From the NCBI GenBank assembly GCA_913055635.1, contig CAJXLK010000001.1, forward strand, positions 96,626-160,625: a stretch of 64,000 nucleotides of DNA. The letters are read 5' to 3'. Source of the DNA: an uncultured Bacteroidota bacterium. GTDB lineage: Bacteria > Bacteroidota > Bacteroidia > Bacteroidales > UBA12077. The notes beneath the pieces are model-generated. The model did not search any database, had not been told where the DNA came from, and worked only from the letters and a program-made list of their open reading frames with translations. Numbering within the stretch: position 1 is the first letter of the stretch; each line of letters starts with the position of its first letter. This document shows positions 36,301 through 45,209 of the stretch, in pieces. A program made the position numbers and the translations under genes.

Positions 36301-36921
36301 ATGAAAAAGTTTGTTTTACTCATGTTAGCAGTGCTGCTTGGATATCAGGTTACCTCTTTCGCTCAGGCAGTCGATGACAGGGCCGTTGTTCCTGTTTCTG
36401 TTACCCTGAATTCGATTTTGCGGTTGAATATTGAATCCGGTGGTAACGTAGAGTTCAATTTCAATACCCTGGAACAATATAAAAATGGCATCAGTGGTAT
36501 TGGAACAAATGATCAGTATTCCACCAAAATTACCATTGCTTCTTCTGTTGATTGGGATCTGGAAATGGGGGCTGAGGATGGCTCTTTGATCAGTACCGAT
36601 GATACCACCAGTGGGGCCGGAAGTATGGATTTAGGTTATATTACCTATGAAGTTCAGTATACGGGGAGCGATTATTCCACTGGCGAAATTACCATACCCA
36701 CCAGTAGTGGTCCCAGCGAATTGAAACAAATTTCTTCTTCCACAGAAGTGATTCAAAAAGGAAGTGCGAGCAATGCCGGAGACATCAACAAGAACCAATT
36801 CCGGATTGACTGGGCTTGTGGGAGCATGGCGGATAATGCCACCGACAATTTGATAGGTTCTAGTCTCACGGGAGGGAGATATTCCACCAATGTCTTCTTT
36901 AAGCTTAAACCCCACAACTAA
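36301..36921 (+). CDS. Secreted beta-rich protein, paralogue 1 (206 aa); candidate surface-fibre subunit
   Basis: Signal peptide MKKFVLLMLAVLLGYQVTSFAQA. Shares ESGGNVEFNF, DLGYITYEV and a C-terminal RYSTNVFFKL with the next gene. Confidence 0.6.
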   Translation: MKKFVLLMLAVLLGYQVTSFAQAVDDRAVVPVSVTLNSILRLNIESGGNVEFNFNTLEQYKNGISGIGTNDQYSTKITIASSVDWDLEMGAEDGSLISTDDTTSGAGSMDLGYITYEVQYTGSDYSTGEITIPTSSGPSELKQISSSTEVIQKGSASNAGDINKNQFRIDWACGSMADNATDNLIGSSLTGGRYSTNVFFKLKPHN

Positions 36922-36950
36922 TTGCGGGAAGTTTAATAAGCATGGATTAT

Positions 36951-36993
36951 TAAGTCAAACTATATTACATTATTTATAATATAGTTTGACTTA
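36951..36993 (+). terminator. Perfect 17-bp-stem hairpin between the two paralogous secreted-protein genes (attenuator or terminator candidate)
   Basis: taagtcaaactatatta (36951-36967) / taatatagtttgactta (36977-36993) with a 9-nt loop. No strong T-run follows. Confidence 0.55.
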
Positions 36994-37018
36994 TTCATAA
37001 TGGCAATTCAAATGATTG

Positions 37019-37555
37019 ATGAAGCATCATACTGGCAAATTTTTAATCAGTCTGATTATTTTTTTATTCATACACCCTTTGGTTCATGCTCAGGATGGGT
37101 CGTACCAACTAACCGTTGAAGCAGGTGGGGCCATCGAATTCAAAGTTTATTCCCTTCGGCATTATTACCAGGGCATGACTTACTCCAACCGAACCACCAT
37201 GCGGATTCACTGCGATACGCTTTCCGGAAATCAACATACCGACGTGTGGTATTTAGGAGTCAAAGCGCAAGATGCTTCATTTTACAGCAGTTATCCTGGA
37301 CGCACCCTTGATTTAGATTATGTTACCGTGGAAATTTTTGACGGGGGCGGCATAGATGCCTTCAACTCCGGTGAATTAACATCTGGTGAAGTTACATTGA
37401 ATGGCTCGAGTTATGCACCTTTGGTTGAAGGTGGAGATGCCGGAAATTATAAGATTGATTTGACATATCATCTGGATTCGGTGACCGGTCAGCTTCCAGG
37501 TTACTATAACACCAATTTCTTGTTCAAGATGGATACAGTGCCTTTCCCATGGTAA
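37019..37555 (+). CDS. Secreted beta-rich protein, paralogue 2 (178 aa)
   Basis: Signal peptide MKHHTGKFLISLIIFLFIHPLVHAQ. EAGGAIEFKV, DLDYVTVEI and YYNTNFLFKM match paralogue 1. Confidence 0.6.
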   Translation: MKHHTGKFLISLIIFLFIHPLVHAQDGSYQLTVEAGGAIEFKVYSLRHYYQGMTYSNRTTMRIHCDTLSGNQHTDVWYLGVKAQDASFYSSYPGRTLDLDYVTVEIFDGGGIDAFNSGELTSGEVTLNGSSYAPLVEGGDAGNYKIDLTYHLDSVTGQLPGYYNTNFLFKMDTVPFPW

Positions 37556-37556
37556 A

Positions 37557-40500
37557 ATGCTTATGCAAAATTGCGCGAAATATGGCATTATTTTTCTCCT
37601 CCTCTTTCTGAGCACAAGCACCATTATCTTCGGGCAAGTGCTGAATGGTGGCAACAGCCATAAAAATATTACCGCGCAATTTGTTAGGGAAGACATCAAA
37701 ATCAAACCGCAGACCCCTTTTTTTAATGTTTTAAAGATTTCCAACGGCTCTGACCGGCAAAGGTTTGTCAACCTGACCTATGAAATACCGGTGGGTTGGA
37801 GCCTGATTTCCGACCAGGATAATAGGATTAATCTCCCCCCCCATGATACCGTCTCGGTTCCCCTTCGGGTTTCGCCCAACCAGCAGGTTAAAGGAGAAAT
37901 TGGCTATTCGGTGATTGCTTCCCTGACCAACCGTTCCGGGGAGCCGATCACCACTTCTTATTGTTTTATCAAAGTCCCCCGGCAAAGTGATTTGCGCTTC
38001 AGGCCCTTAACCCGGGTCACCTACATCAACCAGCAAAAACGCACCGGTAGCTTCTCTTTTCGTCTGATTAATGAAGGAAATGTCGACGAGGTGGTTTATC
38101 TGAATTTTACTTCCACCCCGGATGTGGACATGAAAAAGGAGGTCAATAACTCCTTTTCCTCTAATCTGGTAGTCCCCGCCCGTTCGGATACCACCCTGTC
38201 ATATCAGGTGACGATCGATAAAAAACAAGCCCAGAAATCACTGTATCGGATTAATTTGACAGGACATACGGAATATTCCCGATTCAATTCTTCTTTTTGG
38301 TTTAAAAACCTGGTCAGTCGCTTTCAATACGAAAAGCCCTCCAGCGAAGTGCCATTGATTGTGGAATTGAATATGGAAAATTTATTTAGTGACCAGGGCA
38401 GTTATTTTTCTGGTTCGGCCCAGGGCAACCTTTTATTTTCAAACGACCGGGAAATCAAGTATTATTTTTTAAAAATGCCTGACCGCAGCCCCCGAACCAA
38501 TTTTTTAAATACCAGCCGGATTTTCCTTAATTATAACACCCCCACTTTTAATGCTAAATTAGGCAACCGGATCCCCTTTCGTCTGAGAACCGGATATGGT
38601 AAAGGGGCCGCCTTGCAATATAAACAATTCAACAATTTTAAAATTCAAGGCAAATATACCCGCAATGAATTTCTTCCCATCAATAACTATGGGTTGAGCA
38701 CCGACTTTAATCTTTTTAAATCTCGGTTGCAGACGCACACCAACCTGGAATACAGCCATAACCTGCGCACTGATGAACAAATTATGTTGGGGTTGTTCAG
38801 CAATCGTTTAGTTATTCAGGACGAACACAATATCGAAACGGAGTTTGGAATGAGCAGTAAAGCCCGGAACCTTTTTAACGGCAATCAGCTGGGCTTGCAT
38901 TATCGGCTGAAATACAACGGAGAAATCGATGATTTAAGGTTCCGTTTTAGAAACCGCTATAATTCAGACGATTACTACGGAAGTTTTTATGGAAAGAACG
39001 ATATAAAGTTTAATGCCAACTATGATTATAAAAAGGGTTACCGGTTCAACCTTAATTTTTTTAACTCCAGGTATCAGCCTTCCTCGGTATATCGTAATGA
39101 ATCCTCTTCCGATTATCGTTTGCAACGAAATATTAATTTTCGCACCAGTAAATTGCTGAATAATTCGCTATCCCTTTTTGGCCAGGGTGGGTATGAATAC
39201 TTTAACTCCAATGCCTTTTATACCAACAATCAGACAAGACATCCGTTCATCACCAACAGTGGATATTTGGAAATCGGGGGCAGGTTGAACCTGAATACTT
39301 ATGATCGGATTTCCACTTCTTTTAAAGGGGGATATACCTTTGCCACCCAATATGAAGTGAACCAGACCAATGAATCTCAAAAAAGGGCTCTGGCGAATCG
39401 GGAGCAAAGTTTTAACGGGATATTCAACCTGAATTATTACAGCCCCAATTGGGGAGTTTTTTTCCGCTACAACTATGGCCCTTACAATGGCAATCAGTAT
39501 TACACCTATTTGTATTCGGGCAATTTCAACCAACTTTTGCGTTTAATGCCTTACTACCGGGATTACATCTATAAGGACATCATCCAGTTTGATTCACGGA
39601 TGAATTATATGTACAGCATCAATCGTCAGACCCATCGGCTGAACTGGGGCAATGAGGTGAAGTTTCATTTGAATTATGGACTGATGTTGAGGCTGATCGC
39701 TAATTTTACCCTGCAGTCTACAATGGGCGAAAGCCAGGAAATGCGGATTCAGGAGAAGCAACAATATACCTATTCCAATTCTTATTTTGAACTTAGGTTG
39801 CAAAAACGTTTTGACTGGAACCAACCCCGAATGAAATATTACAACCTGAACGTTAATCTTTTTAAGGACCTGAACGGCAATCTTAAGCGGGATGGCAATG
39901 AGCCGGGAGTCAAAAACGTATTGGTAAATATTGAACGTGTGGATGCCACAGAATTGGACACCTTTGATGTAAGTTATGAGCAATCGGGCAATTTGGTGAA
40001 CAACCGGTTGCTATCGGGCATGCAGGGTCGGATTCGGTATGAAAATATGCCGCAGGGAGTTTACCGCTTGCGCTTGAAGAATGTGGGCAAAGAGGGCGGG
40101 AAATTTACCGCCGACCAGCAAGAAGTATTGATCAATATGGATAAAGACCGCACGGTGGATATTCCCTACCTGGAACGCAACAAGATCTATGGGCGGGTTA
40201 TTCTGAACCGAAGCAAACTGTCCAACCTGGGGCCCCTTGATAAGAGCAACATCAAAGTGACAGCCGTCGACAGCAAAGGGCGTAAGACCTCCACATTGAC
40301 CGATAAAAAAGGGAAATTTGTAATTTATGCCCCCAGTGTGGATAAGTATGATGTATATATCAATAACATCTTCAAGGAACACTTTGATTTGAGAAAAAAC
40401 CACTATAAGGTACAACTTAACGGATACAAACAGTTTGAAGTGAACTTTATTTTTGATGAGAAACGTCGGGAAATCAATTTCACCCCAAGTATGAGTGAGA

Positions 40501-41138
40501 CCGATGTGGAGGTCAAAAGCGTGAAGCGTACCAATCTCACCGGGACAATAAAGGATGAAAATACCCTTCAGCCGGTACGGGCTACCCTGGAGGTGGTCGA
40601 CAATAAGACCGGAACAACGGTTGAGACGACCCATTCCGATCCGGAGACCGGCCGGTTCAGCATGAGTTTCATGACTGGCAACAACTATTCGCTGATCGTT
40701 TCAGCCCAGGGATACTGGCTCTACACAGAAAAGCTGGATTTGGACCAAATGCTGACCATCCAGGATGTGGAAAAGGAGATCCTGCTGAAAAACATCATGA
40801 TTGGCTCGCGCCTCGACCTGGAGAACCTGCAGTTTGAACCCGGCAGCGCTGAAATACCCAATGATGCCTATCCCGAATTGGACCGGTTGATTGAACAGCT
40901 GAAGGACAATCCCAATGTGCGCATCCAGATTGCCGGCCATGCCGATGCCCTCGAGCAACTGGATCATCCCAATATTTCCGAAGACCGAGCCAAGGCCGTG
41001 GCCAAATACATCATGAAGAATGGTTTCAGCAACATTGAATACGTTGGTTATAAAGATAAGAAACCGGTAGCTCCCAATGATTCTCCTGAAAACCGTGCCA
41101 AAAACCGAAGGGTCGAGATTACTGTGGTAGATAAATAA
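37557..41138 (+). CDS. 1193-aa outer-membrane protein: Ig-like (NEW3/CARDB-type) N-terminal domains, Tyr/Asn-rich beta-barrel-like middle, CarboxypepD_reg-like repeats, C-terminal OmpA domain
   Basis: The start is 1 nt after the previous stop. NLTYEIPVGWSLIS...VSVPLRVSP (NEW3-like). The central ~450 aa are rich in Y/N/F/R with alternating patterns. IYGRVILN...TDKKGKFVIY and LTGTIKDE...DPETGRFSM (CarboxypepD_reg-like). OmpA box LQFEPGSAEI...IAGHAD...NRRVEITVV. Confidence 0.8.
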   Translation: MLMQNCAKYGIIFLLLFLSTSTIIFGQVLNGGNSHKNITAQFVREDIKIKPQTPFFNVLKISNGSDRQRFVNLTYEIPVGWSLISDQDNRINLPPHDTVSVPLRVSPNQQVKGEIGYSVIASLTNRSGEPITTSYCFIKVPRQSDLRFRPLTRVTYINQQKRTGSFSFRLINEGNVDEVVYLNFTSTPDVDMKKEVNNSFSSNLVVPARSDTTLSYQVTIDKKQAQKSLYRINLTGHTEYSRFNSSFWFKNLVSRFQYEKPSSEVPLIVELNMENLFSDQGSYFSGSAQGNLLFSNDREIKYYFLKMPDRSPRTNFLNTSRIFLNYNTPTFNAKLGNRIPFRLRTGYGKGAALQYKQFNNFKIQGKYTRNEFLPINNYGLSTDFNLFKSRLQTHTNLEYSHNLRTDEQIMLGLFSNRLVIQDEHNIETEFGMSSKARNLFNGNQLGLHYRLKYNGEIDDLRFRFRNRYNSDDYYGSFYGKNDIKFNANYDYKKGYRFNLNFFNSRYQPSSVYRNESSSDYRLQRNINFRTSKLLNNSLSLFGQGGYEYFNSNAFYTNNQTRHPFITNSGYLEIGGRLNLNTYDRISTSFKGGYTFATQYEVNQTNESQKRALANREQSFNGIFNLNYYSPNWGVFFRYNYGPYNGNQYYTYLYSGNFNQLLRLMPYYRDYIYKDIIQFDSRMNYMYSINRQTHRLNWGNEVKFHLNYGLMLRLIANFTLQSTMGESQEMRIQEKQQYTYSNSYFELRLQKRFDWNQPRMKYYNLNVNLFKDLNGNLKRDGNEPGVKNVLVNIERVDATELDTFDVSYEQSGNLVNNRLLSGMQGRIRYENMPQGVYRLRLKNVGKEGGKFTADQQEVLINMDKDRTVDIPYLERNKIYGRVILNRSKLSNLGPLDKSNIKVTAVDSKGRKTSTLTDKKGKFVIYAPSVDKYDVYINNIFKEHFDLRKNHYKVQLNGYKQFEVNFIFDEKRREINFTPSMSETDVEVKSVKRTNLTGTIKDENTLQPVRATLEVVDNKTGTTVETTHSDPETGRFSMSFMTGNNYSLIVSAQGYWLYTEKLDLDQMLTIQDVEKEILLKNIMIGSRLDLENLQFEPGSAEIPNDAYPELDRLIEQLKDNPNVRIQIAGHADALEQLDHPNISEDRAKAVAKYIMKNGFSNIEYVGYKDKKPVAPNDSPENRAKNRRVEITVVDK

Positions 41139-41149
41139 AATTTTTGAGT

Positions 41150-41536
41150 ATGAGAAAGTATGGCCTTTTTATTGTAGGACTCCTTTTTATCTTTTTTTTG
41201 ACCCAATGCGAACAGGAGAAGGAATTTAAATATGATGTTCATTTATTAACCGGTAAACATTGGGGTATACCTGAAGTACTGGAGAGGGGACCCTCCAGTG
41301 AACCATGGCTTCCCGGTTCCCCCACCGTTTTTTATAAGGATGGCCGCGTTTCTTTCGGCGGTCGATTGGATTCATGGCAGGTGCTCGATTCGGAAAGCCT
41401 GTTGATTCAACAACGGAAAGAAAACTGGCAGGTGCTCGAGCTGACCGAAAACAAGTTGCTGGTCGAAGTCCTCAGCCATCCCGAAGGGCAGTTCATCGTT
41501 CGGGCCGTTTTTTATAACCAGGGCCCGGCCGAATGA
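41150..41536 (+). CDS. Lipoprotein (hypothetical)
   Basis: MRKYGLFIVGLLFIFFLTQC with a lipobox Cys. Confidence 0.6.
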   Translation: MRKYGLFIVGLLFIFFLTQCEQEKEFKYDVHLLTGKHWGIPEVLERGPSSEPWLPGSPTVFYKDGRVSFGGRLDSWQVLDSESLLIQQRKENWQVLELTENKLLVEVLSHPEGQFIVRAVFYNQGPAE

Positions 41537-42182
41537 AACCCTGAATCCGGGGTCGCATCCTTTTTGATCCCTTGCTATCTTCATACCCACCAAATGGCAG
41601 CAGATTCATCCTGAATGAATCATCCTTACTACCCCGTTTTTCTGTTTGAACCTGAAGTGGCCATTTTAATGTGAAAGTTTTGAAAAATATTCAGATAAAA
41701 AGCTCCTTATAACTATTATTCCCCCCATCTGTTGTAGGGGGTTTACCCTTAACGGATTTTACGGAATAGAGGGTTTTCACCTTATGGGTGGCTGATTTGC
41801 TTATAATCAGTAGACTCCTCCGATGATGCTCGCCTTGCTCTTGGGGTTTATAACCCCTGGTTTCATTGTTCAAGTTTCCCGCAGTCAATTGGATGGATAG
41901 TATGGCTCTGTCTAAACGCCCCGCATTTATTTGACCAGCGCCCTGTTTTTTCACCTTTTAATAATTTGCTGATAATTAATGTGTTTTATTTGAGCCGCTG
42001 ATAAAACCGGGTAAAATCACCCTATACCCCAAACTGGTTGATTATACCTGATGCGGGGATGGTGTTATGGTGTAAATTCGCTTAATAGCAAACCGGCAAT
42101 ATGATTGGCTCAATACATTTTGCCAATAATTAGAAGCAAACAATGTTTCAATTCTAACATGTTCAATCAATAAGGAGGTTAT

Positions 42183-42689
42183 ATGGAACAAAAAAACGAA
42201 AAGACCAATTCTTATTTAACTTTTAAACTGGGCGAGGAAGAATTTGGGGTCCACGTCAGTCAGGTCATCAACATTTTGGAGATGACCCGGATTATTGAGG
42301 TGCCCCGCACCCCGTCTTATATGAAAGGGGTGATCAACCTCAGGGGGACGGCCCTGCCGGTGATCGATACCCGTCTGCGTTTGGGCCTGGAAGAGGCTAA
42401 ATATAGCCATAACACCTGTATTGTTGTACTGGATCTTGAGCATCAGGGGGAGACCTACCATGTGGGTGCCATTGTGGATGAAGTATTGTCTGTGGTTGAG
42501 ATAGAAGCCGGACAGGTTGAACCCCCGCCGGCCATTGGCGATGAAAAAGGCCCGGACTTCATCTTTGGTATGACCCGCATTGACGATCGATTTACGATGT
42601 TGTTGGATATGCAGGGGATGATGGATGAGCGGGAGATGGAAAAGATTTCGCAAGCCGCCGGCGAGCGGCAAAGCAAAGTAGCCTCATAA
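42183..42689 (+). CDS. cheW: Chemotaxis coupling protein CheW
   Basis: [18 protein letters not shown]...[31 protein letters not shown] strong AGGAGG (42173-42178) precedes the ATG. Confidence 0.9.
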   Translation: MEQKNEKTNSYLTFKLGEEEFGVHVSQVINILEMTRIIEVPRTPSYMKGVINLRGTALPVIDTRLRLGLEEAKYSHNTCIVVLDLEHQGETYHVGAIVDEVLSVVEIEAGQVEPPPAIGDEKGPDFIFGMTRIDDRFTMLLDMQGMMDEREMEKISQAAGERQSKVAS

Positions 42690-42721
42690 AGCATTTACGT
42701 TACACACAAAAAAAGAGCAAA

Positions 42722-44875
42722 ATGAACTGGAAAGATTTAAAACTGGGGGCAAAACTGGCGATTGGTTTTGGCCTGCTTATTCTGATTTCAATGATACTTG
42801 GCGGACTGGCCGTGTATAACATGTCCAATGTCTCTAAGAATTCGAATTATCTGGCCGATGAATACATCCCGGAAGTGGATCTGGCCAGTACCCTGGAGCG
42901 CAATGCAAGGCAAACGATGTACAACATGCGGGGATACAGCCTTTCGGAAAATGAGGGGTATCTGCGTGAAGGCCGCAATTATTTGGGGAAGGTGGAGAAT
43001 AACATCGCTGAGGCCCGTCGCCTGGCCCGTGAGACTTCCCAGCTGGACAAGCTCAATTCGGAGATCGACCATGTTGAGAACAACCTCAACGAGTACAAGG
43101 GCCTGGTCGATCAGACGGTTACCCTGAACAACGGGCTGCAACAGGAGCGCAATCAGATGGATGCTTCGGCCGACCAGTTTATGGAGGCCTGCTACAATTA
43201 CCTGGAGAGCCAGAACCGGCAACTTCGTGAGGAGATTGCCAATAATGCTTCAGCCCAGGCTTTTACCGAGCGGCATAAAAAGATCACCTGGATCAATGAC
43301 ATCATTGATGCGGGCAATGCCGTGAGGGTGAGCAATTTCAAACATCAGGCCAAAAGAAATCCGGATGCTTTTCGCAAGGCCCTCAATGATTTTGACATAT
43401 CCGCCACCATGGATAAGCTTAGGAACGTGACTTACCTGGAGGCCGACAAGGAAGCGCTGGATCAGATACGTCAGTCGGCCGATGGGTATACCCAGGCCAT
43501 GAACACCTTCATCAATGATTGGGAAAAGCGCAATCAGTTGAACCAGGAGCGCGACCAGGTGGCCACCCGGGTGCTTGAGTCTACCCAGGCCGTTGCCAAT
43601 GCCGGGATCAAGACCACTTCCAACATTGCCGACCAGGCCGTGAAAATGCTCTCGCAATCGAGCAACATCATGATAGCCGGGCTTATTCTGGCACTGATCC
43701 TTGGGGTGATTCTGGCCATCACCATTACCCGCACCATTACCAGACCATTGAATCAGGGTGTAGCTTTTGCTCAGGAAGTGGCCAATGGCAACCTGGAAGC
43801 TCAGGTGGATGTTCACCGCAATGATGAAATCGGCACCCTGGCCGATGCCCTGCGCAATATGGCCTCCCGCCTGCAAGGCGTTGTCCGCGAAATTCGGGCA
43901 GGCGCTGAAAACATTGCTTCAGCCAGCGAGCAGATGAGCTCCAATTCCCAGGAAATGTCTCAGGGCTCCAGCGAACAGGCTTCTTCCGCTGAAGAGGTCT
44001 CTTCCTCGATGGAAGAGATGAAATCGAACATCCAGCAGAATACGGATAATGCCCAGCAAACCGAAAAGATTTCTAAGAATGCAGCCGAAAGCATCAAGAA
44101 AGGCAATGAGGCGGCTCAGAATTCAGTTCAGTCGATGAAGGAAATTGCTGAAAAGATTTCCATCATTAATGATATTGCTTATCAGACCAATATCCTTGCC
44201 TTGAATGCAGCTGTCGAAGCCGCCCGGGCCGGTGAGCACGGCAAAGGATTTGCTGTGGTGGCCGCTGAGGTGCGTAAACTGGCTGAACGCAGCTCCGAAG
44301 CAGCCAACGAAATTGATGAGAAGTCTAAAGCCGGCGTTCAAATTTCTGAAGAGGCCGGCCAGCAACTTAGTGAAATCGTGCCTGAAGTCGAGAAAACCTC
44401 TCAGTTGGTTCAGGAAATTACCGCAGCCAGCAATGAGATGAACAGTGGCGCCGATCAGGTTAACAATGCCATTCAGCAGTTGAATCAGGTCACCCAGCAA
44501 AACGCCTCCTCATCCGAAGAACTGGCATCCAACGCAGAAGAGCTCTCCAGCCAGGCCGATCAGCTTAAACAGGTTATCAGCTTCTTTAAACTCAATGACA
44601 CCAATGGCCAGGGACAAGGCGCCTCTAAGGGTCATAAGCATCTTGATTTTGGCCACATGAGCCAGCAATCCAATCAGAACCAACAAAGCGGCCCCCAAAA
44701 CGGACAGGGCCAGCAAACGAGTCAGCAGCATCAACCCCGCCAGCAATCAGCCCGGGCCTCCAATCAAAACGCAGGCAAGACCTATTCATCGGGTCAACAA
44801 CAAAACAACGGCAACGGGGTTGACCTGAAAATGTACAACCACGACCAGCAGGACAAAGATTTTGAGAATTACTGA
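42722..44875 (+). CDS. Methyl-accepting chemotaxis protein (2 TM, periplasmic helical sensor, HAMP, MA domain, long Q/N/G-rich tail)
   Basis: [21 protein letters not shown]. Signalling hairpin [40 protein letters not shown]. The tail ends ...[10 protein letters not shown]. Confidence 0.92.
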   Translation: MNWKDLKLGAKLAIGFGLLILISMILGGLAVYNMSNVSKNSNYLADEYIPEVDLASTLERNARQTMYNMRGYSLSENEGYLREGRNYLGKVENNIAEARRLARETSQLDKLNSEIDHVENNLNEYKGLVDQTVTLNNGLQQERNQMDASADQFMEACYNYLESQNRQLREEIANNASAQAFTERHKKITWINDIIDAGNAVRVSNFKHQAKRNPDAFRKALNDFDISATMDKLRNVTYLEADKEALDQIRQSADGYTQAMNTFINDWEKRNQLNQERDQVATRVLESTQAVANAGIKTTSNIADQAVKMLSQSSNIMIAGLILALILGVILAITITRTITRPLNQGVAFAQEVANGNLEAQVDVHRNDEIGTLADALRNMASRLQGVVREIRAGAENIASASEQMSSNSQEMSQGSSEQASSAEEVSSSMEEMKSNIQQNTDNAQQTEKISKNAAESIKKGNEAAQNSVQSMKEIAEKISIINDIAYQTNILALNAAVEAARAGEHGKGFAVVAAEVRKLAERSSEAANEIDEKSKAGVQISEEAGQQLSEIVPEVEKTSQLVQEITAASNEMNSGADQVNNAIQQLNQVTQQNASSSEELASNAEELSSQADQLKQVISFFKLNDTNGQGQGASKGHKHLDFGHMSQQSNQNQQSGPQNGQGQQTSQQHQPRQQSARASNQNAGKTYSSGQQQNNGNGVDLKMYNHDQQDKDFENY

Positions 44876-44938
44876 TATAGGACTGTTTTTGGCTTAATGT
44901 TCCGTCTTTAGTTCATACTGGTTTGGTTTTTTGGATGC

Positions 44939-45008
44939 CTGCCCCAACTGCTGCCTTTAAAAGATTATGTAACGCTTTTAAGGTGGCTGTTGGGGCAGCT
45001 TCTTTTAG
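44939..45008 (+). terminator. Long imperfect hairpin plus T-tract after the MCP gene
   Basis: ctgccccaac (44939-44948) pairs with gttggggcag (44989-44998), with inner pairing cctttaaaag/cttttaagg, followed by cttctttt. Confidence 0.55.
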
Positions 45009-45209
45009 AGGGGCAGGAAAAATATCCCTTTTTGGGGTGCACTTCAAAGGCCCAATAATGAGCTGTTAAGGTTAATGGGAGCTGGATTGACCCGTTTAAC
45101 GGGCAAGATGAACTCAAAAATATTTTGTGGGATGTTTACCGGCGAATCAACTCACTTTCCACTTTTTATTGGCCGGCCTGTTGGATTGAAATATTTATTT
45201 GTTGGTTGT

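Noticed and set aside
41691-41954. 87-aa minus-strand ORF in the long gap upstream of cheW
   Set aside because: No signal, motif or coding-like periodicity, and it is embedded in the hairpin-rich region. Treated as non-coding.
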